Assembly (NCBI GenBank): GCA_044892525.1
Contig: CM097886.1
Location: 111,042,001-111,106,000, forward strand
DNA: 64,000 bases
Reading direction: 5' to 3'
Origin: Schmidtea polychroa
Taxonomy: Eukaryota
Below, one piece after another: positions 13,245-25,517 of the stretch. Each line of letters begins with the position of its first letter. Within the stretch, counting starts at the first letter, position 1. A model generated the notes under the pieces. That model had not been told where the DNA came from, did no database searches, and saw nothing but the letters and a program-made list of their open reading frames with translations. The position numbers and the translations under genes were made by a program.

Positions 13245-13749
13245 TTCTAGTAGAATAAAACTAGCAATTTTTATTCATTTTTTAACCCACTATGTGTGAC
13301 AATCCCATGAGTCGAACTAATTCAAGATAATCAAACATTAGGTAAAACACATGGATGAACTACAAAGAAATTATTTAACTTGAGATAGACACCAGATGAC
13401 CTGATAACCAAAAACCATATTCTATGATAAATGATCAATTAGCAAAGTTAAACATTGGAAATACAACAGGAACTACAAAGACATTTTCCAAACAGACAAT
13501 CAGCAGAAGATAGAAGCTTAATCACAAAATAAAGAATCCAAAGTTAAAATGTAAAGTTTCACATAAATTCCGAGGAAAACCGATTAAGAAGAGAATAAGT
13601 CAAAAATGACGATGAGAAAACGAATTGTTATACCTAATCTAGTGATGTTTTAGAATTTGGAGGCAGTTAGATAAAAATGTCATCAATCGACGCTGATTAC
13701 CGATAATTTCAAATTCGCCAAAACACCGTTATGCAACAATAATCTTTAA

Positions 13750-14104
13750 CCCTTTCCTGGCTGAATTAAGAGTTGAAGAAAAAATAATCATAAAACATGT
13801 TTTTTAAGTACATATGGTATACAAAAAATGGTTTTTATGATTATATTTTCCATACAAAAAATTTCAAAGTTGAGGATTCTCATGTACTGCAATGGTAATT
13901 TTTTTTTCAAAATGGTTCATATCTTCTTCGTCATCCGAAAATTCTATTTCAGAAAGTAAAAGGCGGGATTAAATGATTTTACATTAAAAGTATAGATCTT
14001 CCTTATCGAACTTAAATAAAAATATTATACCTACGAGTCCATAGATGTCTATACCTATATGAAATATATCATGATTCCGTATGATATCATTATCCAGGAA
14101 AGGG
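13750..14104. mobile_element. piggyBac-type MITE
   Basis: TTAA|CCCTTTCCTGG ... CCAGGAAAGGG|TTAA; perfect 11-bp TIR and TTAA TSD. Confidence 0.88.
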
Positions 14105-14442
14105 TTAATTCTTCAATTGTATTGCATTATCTACTAAATCATTTGTATCCAAACTCGATTAAGCTTTTAAAATAAATAAAATTTTATATTTTAAAATATT
14201 TTCTGTAAATCTGTTTAACACATATCACTTAATTTATTTTCTATATTTCAATAAATAATTTTGAAAACATATTAAGAAAATATGACTGAGCATATTTTCT
14301 TAAGTGTTTTTTAATTTTTATTTTGAATGAAGAGACAAACATATTAACGAGTTTTTACAATTCAATTCTGTATTAATTATATTTTTAATTTTATAAATCT
14401 GTGTTTTAATAATAAGTTTATGCGTAAACTTCAAACATTTAA

Positions 14443-15230
14443 ATGACTACTAGAAATTTGACAGAAAGTTTTGTTCTTCTGCGAAATAATTCCATACAAA
14501 ATTGCCAATATTCTTTTGATGATGTTAGTTAATTATCGTTTATATATTATTGTAAATTACGCTTCCGTAAAGAACAATTCAGATAAAACCGCTTTGCTTT
14601 CACAAAAATCAAAAGACTTTGACATTGAAAGAAGTTGAAATGATGATATTACAATATTTAAATATAATCATATTTTTCCATAAAATTATTTAGTACCAAT
14701 GTAACAACTTCTTTTCAGACAGATTTCGTAAGAATTCAAGATAAAAGTTTAAATAGTGATTTTGAATTCAAATTAATTTGAGGTTTTCGTGGATATTTAG
14801 AGTGAAAGCTTTAATTTGATTGCATCATCGACATATAAATAGAGCTTGTTTGAATGATAATATTGACGAAGTTCGTATTATTGAATCTCTAACTAAAGAA
14901 TTACCACAGGTATTTATTGATGTTCGTCGAAAATTGTCACAGTTGGTGTCATCGGGGAGAAAATTACACTTGAGGGAGTGGTAAAGCTGCGATATCGAAT
15001 AATATCCAGTCAAATCTTGCTAGACCATTACAAGATCTCTCAGTCGCATTCAGAAAAGCTCAAAGTCAATATTTAGCTAGTAAATAAAAATGGAATTTGA
15101 AATAAATTGACTGAAATTTTTGTAAAATTAAAATCTTACGACGATTGATCGGTTTTTTTGAGATTCCTCAAGATCTTTCTGGATTCTGAGGAAGATTCGG
15201 ACGGCTTGGTGGAATATTACAAATCTCGGG
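14443..15230 (+). pseudogene. STX16: Syntaxin-16 unprocessed pseudogene (N-terminal/Habc half only)
   Basis: Exons read MTTRNLTESFVLLRNNSIQN (STX16 N-peptide MATRRLTDAFLLLRNNS), NNSDKTALLS, QTDFVRIQDK|MKALI*LHHRHINRA, NIQSNLARPLQDLSVAFRKAQSQYLA|KLKSYDD*S. Lesions: TGA 14817-19, +1 frameshift near 14979, AG>AA acceptor near 15124, TGA 15146-48. Confidence 0.85.
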
Positions 15231-15300
15231 TTAATTAATTATTTTTATTAATGTAACTGGAATTTTATGGTGTATTTAGCTCCAATAATTTTCCAAATAA

Positions 15301-17142
15301 GGGGTCATTGCATAATTACTTCACGCCAAAAATGACCATTTTTGGGCAACCCATACACCCTGTCACGCTTGATCACATTTCCATAGACCCACCCCCAATC
15401 GTGACGTCATTTTATTGTTCACGAAAGGGGGTAGCCCAATGGTACGCTAATACAATGCCAATTACAAATTTACAGACAGTTGTATTATTTTAAACAGTTT
15501 AAAAACAATTTAATGCTTCAAACAAAAAGTAAAATGAAATTTATATAAGGATTTTTAAATTGTTTCAAGCACTCTAATTAAGATGCTTAAATTAACCATG
15601 AATCCGTTTTAAAATGTTTAAAAATCATAATAGTACACCAAGTAAAATTAATTTAATCAACTGGTTCTTCGAGGTCAGGAATCCATGGAGAATTACCACG
15701 TTGTTCCGAAGGTAAAATTAAAAAAGATCCAAAAAGTTGGCCCAGTGTTCGATATCCCAGTTGCCTTGTCGCCAACAATGTCATCGTTGATAATTAGGAA
15801 TGCGTACACTGAAGGTATCAATTTATGTTTCTCGGTTACCACCCCATCGTGATCTGGCAATTTTACTCTGTACTCATCATAATTGGCTGCTCTTTACTTG
15901 CTGCTGCAATTCCAAGAGCTATTCTAGCTTTATCGTCTGGCGAAAATAGCATTGTGTTTTGTAGACCAATAAGTGTGCATAGTTCCATAACGAGCCTGAT
16001 AGCAGCCAAACCAAACTGGGCATCTTCATTTTTCTTCCGAGCATTGAATTGGGCTTTGACAAGTTTTACCGGAACCGTTTGCCTTCATTTGTATTCCAGC
16101 GACGTGGTATCAGACGTCTGTATACATCAGTTCTTTCAATATTGTAACCTTTTTCATTGAGCATTAGTGTCAGATCATCTAAAGTTTTCGGATATTGCAA
16201 TAATTCAAATCGAGTTCCCAAATCACATTGAGAAGATCTGGATGTTTCTGCTCCTTTCTGGGACGCCCAGATTTTTCAAGAAATGTTTTACCTGCAACTG
16301 CGGATAATTTTTGGTATTTTTCTTTTTTTCTAGCGAGATTTCTGTGCTCGAGAACGGTTAAGTTGAAGAGTTTGAATAGATTGTTGAATTTTCTTTTTGC
16401 TAGTCTCCAAGTTCTTCAATTCCTTTCCTACAGCTTGTGAATCACCTAAACCTTTCTGTTGCTTTAATACAAGGAATGATATGTTGGCATTTACTTCATC
16501 CAAACGTTTTTGTTCTCGTATTTCTGCTGGTGTATGACGTTTTATATCTTCCAACACATTCTGCTTTTCAACCTCATTTATACTCGATTCACTAGTTATG
16601 ATTTTCGATTCGTCGCGACTGAAGTATGTCTGATTGTTTTATCCATAACTGTCGGAAATAACAGTTCACCAGCAAATGATTCAACAGATGGAACCTCCTG
16701 CAATAATGTTTTCTTTGCTGGAATGTTTGTCCAATAACTCAGATTCTTTGCTTTTCGTTTTGCTACAACCATTCTTAACATGTTCAGTTTCATTTGACAT
16801 GTAGATGGTTCTGATTTTAATTCATTCCATAAAGCCTGCGCCTCTGTCAGCTGATCGTGCTTCGATTTGTCCGGATGTGCAAAAGCATACGTATTCACTA
16901 GATCTTGGTATAGATCTGGCATTTTGTTAACTTTACTTTTCTTGAACATGTCTATAGTCATCCAATATTAAAAAGTTTTCTTTAATATTCTAATTTAATG
17001 ATTTATTTATATTAAAATATAAACTAATAAATACAACTAGCGTGACGACATGTTCAGCTCAACTCACCCACCCACCCACGTCACGTTTCGTCATTTTTTA
17101 AGGAACCCACCCACCCATCTTCAAGCGTGACGTAATGACCCC
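15301..17142 (-). mobile_element. Zator DNA transposon with decayed transposase
   Basis: TAA|GGGGTCATT...AATGACCCC|TAA (3-bp TWA TSD, GG termini). Minus-strand motifs: GRPRKEQKHPDLL, RRLIPRRWNTNEGKR, PVKLVKAQ, SPDDKARIALG, PDHDGVVTEKHKLIPSVYA, GPT. Confidence 0.85.
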
Positions 17143-17577
17143 TAATGTTAAGAATTAATTCTGTCGGAATTCTTTAAATTTTAATTAAATTATTTTTAAA
17201 AATTTTAAATTAATTAATTTTATTTTTTCACTTGTTAAAAAATTAATTAAAATAAAAACTAATAAAATAATAATAATAATAACATATATTTAAATTAAAA
17301 TAACGTTGCAAATAATATTAAATAAAATAATAATAACATTAATATAAATAAGAAAATGATAAATAAAATAGCAAATATATAAAATAAAAATGATAATTGT
17401 TGAAAATAAATAGTATAAATAAATATCCATCTTCTAAAATTAAAAGGGAACAAAGATTAGAACAACCTGGATACAGTACTGTATGGCTGGTTAGAGATGT
17501 GCCCATGTTTAATTAGTAGGGGTACTTGCATATTCTCGAGCCGACTCCTTCCTAAACGCCCTCAATGATTATTGTCT

Positions 17578-18030
17578 TTATACAGGTGGCACTTGTGTCG
17601 GAATATGAGGCACATGGATTCTTAGCTGATGCCTCTTGAGGCCAGTGAAAGTAAAGGATCTATTGCATACTATGCACTGAACCTTCACTCTCTTGTTGAA
17701 ATTTGAGATATAGAGGCCATGGTCGATGTTGAATGCGACTGCTTCTCTCCCTAACAGTTGCAACATCTTATGCAACCATGGGCTCTTGCTGCATTTCTTT
17801 TTTTCACCTTTTGGTATATATAATAATACAAACACTTTTTTAAACTATTTTTACAAAAATTAAAATTTTTAATATCAAACGTGAAATTTAAATTAAATAT
17901 TTTTCTTGCAATGATAAAATTATTTATTATGAAATTAATAAATTTAAACCTATAATTCTGGGATAATTTACTATTCATTACACGGCACCTAACTGGACGG
18001 CTAAATGCTTTAGAAAGACGAACCTTGTAC
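17578..18030 (-). repeat. Dispersed zinc-finger cassette, copy 1 (conserved upstream ~300 bp plus C2H2-like ORF remnant)
   Basis: Similar by inspection to 36830-37200 and 37860-38520; encodes CIVCNRSFTFTGLKRHQLRIH. Confidence 0.85.
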
Positions 18031-19774
18031 CCTATATAGTGTTGGTTACTTAGGGGAATAAATGTATACTCCGTTTAATCCCCTAGGTTTCCTTCACGAT
18101 TTGACATGGATCTCCCATACGTGTGCCCATGATGATGTATCATGTTGGTGATTGGAACTTGCAAGTAGGTGATAGCCTGTGTTAGGACTACTTCTTGCAA
18201 CATTCACGGTACAGGTTCTTGAGTGCCGTTAGAAGGACTTACCTCCTCTTTCATACACTGATCTGGTACGTCTCTGGTCCAAAGAGACGACTCTACAAAT
18301 TTCTAATGACTGATATTCAAATATTTTTACCTATGATATCCATTTCCATACAATCCCTCACACACAGACATGAACACAAGACTATTCAATAAATTCTATT
18401 ATACACTGATTATTAAACACTATCATTGAATCACATGAATGTACATCAAATATATCGTTAGGTCTACTACACAACGTTTAATCCAGTTCGACTGAGCATA
18501 TTATGTCCACCATTTAGTTGGGTGTTAAATCTGTTACATTGCTTCCCCTCTCGGTTAACAGGGCATCGATATCGACCTGCAACCATTGATCATCTTGGAA
18601 GGAACATGCCGTGGAAGAGATTATTCGATAAGGGCTGGGTTGTATAGCGAGACTGGCTTTGGGATTCGTGGCACTCGTTGTCTGAACGGCGAATGACGAG
18701 GCTTCTAATGCCGCGATCTCATTTCGTCGTTTCTGATTTCGTTCGGCGCGAGACAGGCGCTTTCTTTTCATCGGGCTGATTTTTGTCGATTCCTCAGATT
18801 GAATCATTGGTGGAATATGAGACGACCCGTTAGGTACTGGTTCAGAAGAAAGATGACTGCTAGATGTCCCGTTCAAGACCGGTGCGAAAATAGGCGGTAA
18901 TTCAGGTCCGTGCCCCGCACAATTCGATAAAGAAGAGGCATTAAATGCTCGATGGCGTAGCGGGAAGACATTCGTCCCATCTTTTATTGGGTATTCTCTG
19001 CCATTCTTCCATTCACAGCTGCGACTTCTCCTTACAAGCTTCCAACCGCTCCTTGCGAAGCTATTAACTGTATTAATACACAAATAATACAGAAAACAAA
19101 CATGATGTTATTAGAAATTTTAAAGAAAACAGAACATCACATTGAACGGCTGTTGTATTAATAATAACAAACAACACACGAGGCTCAACAGAGGCATGTG
19201 GGATAAAGACGCCCCATTATTGACCCGAATCAATTGACAAGTCTTGATCAATTACCATTTCTGATTCTGAGTATATTTGATGCAGCGCCTCTGATTGGGC
19301 TTTTAATGTCAGTCGTTGACAACGACTTTCTTCCTGGAGTCTGTCCCGGCAATGTTCTAGCCTCAGGACCTTCATTTTTCCCTCCTTCATCTGTGGCGGG
19401 GAGAACCACGTGTGCTCTTACGTCTCAATACGTATTTTCAGAACCCCGATGTGTTCATGTAGTTTTTTGAGGTCAGCGTTCTTATCGACGCACGAAAAAC
19501 AAGGTTTCGGGCCGCACTGAGGCAAGTTTGGTTTAGACATTACTAAATGCTATGATTACGATAAGACTTCGATAAGACTATGATAAGACTTCATTAACCC
19601 TTTGACGCTCATAAGCGTTGCCGGCATTTTTATCGCTTGAAATATTAATCAATCGACAGATTTTAGTCCATTAGTGAGTATTATTTTCAAAAAATAATTT
19701 ATTCTTTATTTTTTAGACACTACCTGGGGTGGTACATAAATACACCACTAAGCGATAATATGCAAAATATCCAA

Positions 19775-22350
19775 TCAGTCAATTATATGATAAAGTGAAT
19801 AACACTGACGTTGAGCATTCAGACAGAGGTGAACATCACATGAACTGCATTTAATGTTGCTGCGGCAATCATGTCTTCGGGTGCTGCAGTATGTGCATCG
19901 CTTTCTGTCTTCTGTGAATACTGGTAAATGTTGTGGTGTAGGACAAGCAGCATTACTCGGTCGAATTTTCTTTGAAGGAGGATTGGCGGATGTCGCTCTC
20001 TGACGACTACTGTAACGACCAGTGAGAGATAGCGCCACAGATCTGCGAAAGTCAAGAGCCTTCATTAGGTTGCTCTCATTTAGTTTCTTGAAAATGACAT
20101 AGGAATTACACACACCAATATCCAGTAGGTCAAAGAAAATGCGTAAGTAGAACTTCACTTTTGACCTTTAAGTAAAAAAATCAAAACAAACAATGTATGT
20201 AGAGTTATAATGTGCACAGAGGCTGTAAATTTTTGCTTACCTTCGGTCGATTCCATATGCCTCTTTTCGTTGATCTGCAATGTCAACACCTCCCATAATT
20301 GAATTATACGTCGAAACCATTTTTGGAACAGTTTTAGGCATTTTACCAGCCGTACCTCTTCGTCTTCTCATAACGGTCGTGGTTTCAAAAGGAGTCTCAT
20401 AATTGGATAGAATAGTGACAGGACGTTTGTCCATCCACTTTATTGATGAGATACTGCCATTAGTGCTAACGTAAGAGTAAATATCACCCTCTTTCATACG
20501 CTTGTTAGCACGTACATCATCTGCAGGGCCGGATTTAAGCATTTGTTGGCCCTAGGCAAAGGAGCTTTTTGGGGCCCTCAAAATTAATTAGTATATTTCA
20601 AGGAAATTATGTAGGTTATTTTATTTGCTAAAAGTATTTAAGAAATAATTATTTACTACCTATTTATATTTTGAAATATATTTATTAAATAATTCCGTTT
20701 AAAAATAAGATACATATGTCATGTCAAAAATATAATTTTACAAAACTTTCTTTCTAAATTTTTCTAGAGCATATTGATCAATCAATGAATCAAAATCAAT
20801 AGCTTTCAATTTATCAATGTTACAAGATAATAAGGCCAAATTATTCAAAATTTTTTGACTCATCGTTGACCTCAAAAAATTTTAATCAGCTTCAATTTTG
20901 AGAAACTTCTTTCGCCAGTGCAATTAGCAATCATTAGACACAAAAAATTCTTAAAATTGTTTCCAAATTTGGAAAAGCAATTTCCAAAATTTTTCCTTAA
21001 TTATCTTGTAGAAACTCAAATGATTTGGATGATCATTTGGCCAATCGTTCGATTTTGGGGCCCCCAAAACTGGGGGCCCCTAGGCAGTGCCTAGTCTGCC
21101 TATAGGTGAATCCGGGCCTGATCATCTGGCAAGTGTTTTCGTGATGTTATGATAGTACCAATAGCTTGAACACTGTTTTCACGTAAATAGAAAAACAGCT
21201 TTACCGAGGAGAAGAAATTATCCATTGCCAGGATACAGTTTGTGTTGTGAAGACTCTTTGCCAAATGCATTACCACACTTCCACCTAGACCAAATTGGCG
21301 ACCTTCATTATAAACTTTGCCTTGATACATGTCAAGTTCATGAACATATCCAGAGTGTGATGATGCTCGGACCCACATTTTGAATCCCCAGGGTATGGGT
21401 TTTCCTTTGACGTACTGTTTCATTGCACTTTTCCCAGTGAACTTAATCATGTGTTCATCAATTGACATTTCATTTTCCATTTCCATTGCAGCTTGAAACG
21501 CTTTGTTGAAATGGTTTATTAGTGGACGTACTTTGTACGCTCTGTCGTATTCCGGATTGTCTTTATGTGGCTGAAGAGCATTATCACTAAAGTGCAAATT
21601 CTTTAGGATAAATTCAAATCTTTTCACTGTCATCACATCGGCAATTGCATCTACATGGAGATCTCTGTCAGTTGACCAATAGTCACGGAGATTTGGTAAT
21701 CTGTTATAACCCATAATTATGCATATACCCAGAAATGCTTTTATCTCTTCACTTGTTACATCGAATATAATTCCCTGTTGTTCAATAATGAGTGTTACAA
21801 GATCTTCAAAATTTGTTGTGATTTCAAATGAAGAGTAGGCAGTTGCAGGTTCAATATCCACTTTCACTTTTCCGAAATCTACTAGTTTTGTAGGTGTAGG
21901 GAATTCCAACAATCTCCGTTTTTTCTTTTGCCATTTTATATTTAAAGCCGTTGAATGCAACACATCTGAATCACGTTCTGAAATGGCAACAGAAACAAAT
22001 ATACGAATTCGATTGAAATATATTAGGAAATCGAAATAATGTACCTGACTCATCAGATAAGTCTTTAGATTCCTCATCAACATCTATGTCTAAAAACATA
22101 AAAATAAAACTTTGGTCACCATAAATGGTGATTTTAATTTGTAGCTAGCTTATATACCTTCTATTATTGTTTCGTCGATACCCATTTCAATGTCATTTTC
22201 AATCAGGGTAACATCTTCCTCATCAAGGTTTTCCATTTCGTCCTCAGAATTATCCGCCCATAAAAGTGAAATTGCTTTTTGAGCACAGGCTCTTCTTGAG
22301 TGAACAATTCTTTTTCTTTTGACATATCCTATAATAAAAATCATAAAAAT
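19775..22350 (-). pseudogene. Intron-containing piggyBac transposase disrupted by a hAT MITE
   Basis: DDD triad SIDEHMIKF / AMDNFFSS / MGGVDIADQ; C-terminal CRD RKRCTYC..C..CDVHLC..C; GT-AG introns 22157-22090, 22044-21978 and 20240-20166 restore the frame. Confidence 0.92.
20524..21120 (-). mobile_element. Non-autonomous hAT deletion derivative inserted in the piggyBac transposase
   Basis: TIR CAGGGCCGGATT / AATCCGGGCCTG; exact 8-bp TSD ATCATCTG; internal minus-strand remnant of the hAT dimerisation domain (FPNLETILRI...GERSFSKLKLIKNFLRSTMSQ). Confidence 0.93.
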
Positions 22351-22457
22351 AAATTGCAAGTGCTAAAATATGTATTTTCATTTTAATTATATTTCTGTGC
22401 TATCACTAAGTACTATCAATTTAGTAATTTAATAATGAACTATATAATACGCTAAAT

Positions 22458-22642
22458 NNNNNNNNNNNNNNNNNNNNNNNNNNNNNNNNNNNNNNNNNNN
22501 NNNNNNNNNNNNNNNNNNNNNNNNNNNNNNNNNNNNNNNNNNNNNNNNNNNNNNNNNNNNNNNNNNNNNNNNNNNNNNNNNNNNNNNNNNNNNNNNNNNN
22601 NNNNNNNNNNNNNNNNNNNNNNNNNNNNNNNNNNNNNNNNNN
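22458..22642. other. Assembly gap (N run)
   Basis: Run of n. Confidence 1.
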
Positions 22643-23506
22643 CTGAAGTACAAAAAAATAGTATTTAAGTTATTTTAATAGTCATTATGTTAGTTAAATC
22701 ATTGTGAAATAATATAATATGAAAAACGTTTTCAAAAACAAATGATTACCTAAAATAATCTGAGTAGAAGATAATGTCTCAAAATTCTGAAAATTTCAAA
22801 TATTTAACGAGATCGTATTAACTAAAACAATGTTTTTATAGACACCAAAGATTCCAATGATAATCATTAGGCATATGAGAGTATTTTTATCAAAGGGCGA
22901 AACCAAATTATGTTTATTTATTGGTGAACTATTTTGTTGAAGACGTGGTACATATATATATACCACAGAACGTCAAAGGGTTAATGCATTTCAAAATCAA
23001 ACGCCACTCGCATTACTCACTCGATCTCCTCCTCGAAGTTACGTTTAAATTCAGTGATTTTAGTAAACCTCACCTTCTTGAATGGGTGTGTACGTGTCTC
23101 ATTAATGTTATCAAAGGTAGGATTTGATCGAAATCATTGTAAGTTTAGGAAAACTTATATTAGAAATTACTAATTTATAAATCAATAAAAGCGATTCAGG
23201 ATTATTTTATAGAAGGAGTAAACGGTTGATGTTTCGCTGATTTACCATGATTCACGCCGACATAGGAAATCCCTTTAATCATTAATCGTTATCCGCAGTT
23301 TTAACCAAACCAAAAAAATGTTTTATTCCCCCAATTTCAATTAATTTCATCTTGGTAATCCAATCATTAAATTTTAATACATATTTATTATATAAATCAT
23401 CATAATTCGAGTTTCCGCTCTACCACTAAATCTAGTAAACAATTTGTGTGATATCTATAGTGTGATTTCAACTTGGTAAATCATGTTTATAATTATGCTT
23501 GATGGA

Positions 23507-24141
23507 TGTAATGTACAGTTATTTTTGTTAATATTTTAGTATTCACAATTAGGAATTGTGTATACTAAGATATAAAATACAACCATCTGGGAAATATAGT
23601 AAATGACAAAAAAATTTTAAAAAAAAAATCAATGTCGAGTTGGAAATAGAAAATTAAAAATTGAGAATTAACAAATCTTATTTGAATTTTACTGCAAAAC
23701 AGATTGTGAGTATTGTGAAGAAAGGAGAAAGAAGTTTTCAGAAAACGCAGATACTGTTTCATCAATCAGTTGTTTTTAATCGAACTATATTTGTACTTGA
23801 ATCATATTTCTCGATATATAAATCTCCTAAATAGGTTATAATGCAGAGAAAATCAAAGAAAATATTTTGAACTACAATTTACGAAAATCCAAGATTAACA
23901 CGAGGTTTTATTTCTTTGTTATAATAAAGTTTAAAAGATGTAACATTTTATTATTGTTTTGCGTTATATTCGTAACTTTATATTGTTTGTAATTATTATA
24001 TTTTGAACATAGCACGCACCCCGATTGTCCCGCTACAAGTTTTAACGGCGACTCTTTCGGGCTCTACAAAATCTTCAACAAAATAACATAAATTAACAAT
24101 AATTAACAATAATAACGATTCAAACTACAACTTCCATTACA
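23507..24141 (+). repeat. 5' LTR (635 bp)
   Basis: Near-identical to 28900-29598 apart from a 55-bp indel, an A-run indel and a few substitutions. Confidence 0.96.
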
Positions 24142-24143
24142 AC

Positions 24144-24155
24144 TGGTGTCAGAAG
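24144..24155 (+). promoter_or_regulatory. Primer-binding site TGGTGTCAGAAG (tRNA-Leu-type, inferred)
   Basis: Starts 2 nt after the LTR end; complementary to a tRNA 3' end ...CUUCUGACACCA. Confidence 0.8.
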
Positions 24156-24281
24156 AAAAAATATACACAACACGACACTCGCATTCGACGATTTTTTTTC
24201 AATCACTACGCCTTTCAGCATACTTTTTATAGAAGTATAAAGGATAGTGACTCTTTTGGCTGAACACAGTAAGCCATATCC

Positions 24282-25517
24282 TTGAACAATCTCATTTTTT
24301 GTAACACAACAAGCAATAAAAAAACATCAACAAACCAATTAATGGCATCAAACCAAACAAATCCAACAAACATTTCACAACCCCTCAATAATACTGAAAA
24401 CACACACATGATGGAAAATACGAATTACTACTATAACCCAAACACTAGCAAAGATAATACACACACCATAAACTCAGTAATTAACCCAGGAACAAACATC
24501 CCAAACTACTTTAGTGACGAAAATGGGACACCCCAAAAATGGCTTGAATTTGCTAAATTAACCCTAACCATATCGGGAATAAAGTCAACGAAAACGCTAT
24601 GTTCAAACATTATCGCTGCTCTCCCAAGTAGAAAATTGAACGAAATAGCTGACCAAATTGAGGAAATTTCAAAGAGCGAAGACCCGTTCAACAAGCTTTG
24701 CAACGTCCTAACAAACAAAAACAAAATCAACAGGAGGCAAATGCTGGAATCATGTCTCAACAACACACAACTTGGCGACAATAAACCAACAGATTTCCTT
24801 CGCCAACTAAAACAAAAATTGGAGTACCTCCAACCAAACATCACTAATTCGGGATCAAACGAATTAGTAAAAGAATTTTTCATGCGAGCAATGCCGCCCG
24901 AAATAAGACGTATCCGCGCAGCCAGTAGCAATTCGGACGTAGAAACGCTAGCAGACATAGCAGATAAAATCAATGAAGAAATTTATCCTACTATATGCAG
25001 CACACAAAACTACAACAGAAATAAAACTAATTACAACACCCAACCAACCAACAAAAACACAGAACCAAATGAAACAACAAATCGATAAATAAACACTTTG
25101 ATCAGCAAATTCGACGAAATAATTGTCGAAAACAGACAAATAAAAGCGGAACTAGCCGAAATAAAAGAGAAATACAACAGGCAAAACTTCAATCCAAACG
25201 AAAACAGAGACCCATTCAACAGAAACAATTTCAACACAGACCAACTATCATACAATCATAACAGACAAAACTACGACCGACCACCCAACGAAAACAATAG
25301 ACAGAACTACAGCCACAGACAATTCCCAAACGGTCACTACAGAAACCGATCAAACTCACCAAATCGATACAACAATTACCGAAATAGCAGCCCAGAAAGG
25401 AATTCAAGAAAAGATTTCCTAAACAAAAACCACTGCTACTTTCATAACAAATTCGGCGACAAAGCATATAAATGCATAAAACCCTGCGAATTCCACAAAA
25501 CAGAGCAGGAAAACTAA
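24282..25517 (+). CDS. gag, interrupted by one in-frame TAA (25086-88)
   Basis: Two ORFs in the same frame; LGDNKPTDFL...FFMRAMP capsid-like region; C-terminal CYFHNKFGDKAYKCIKPC knuckle. Confidence 0.9.

Larger units (their letters stand above)
19598..22980 (-). mobile_element. piggyBac transposon (both ends intact)
   Basis: TTAA|CCCTTTGACG ... CGTCAAAGGG|TTAA; subterminal GTGGTACAT..ACCAC palindromes at both ends (about 19729 and 22946). Confidence 0.95.
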
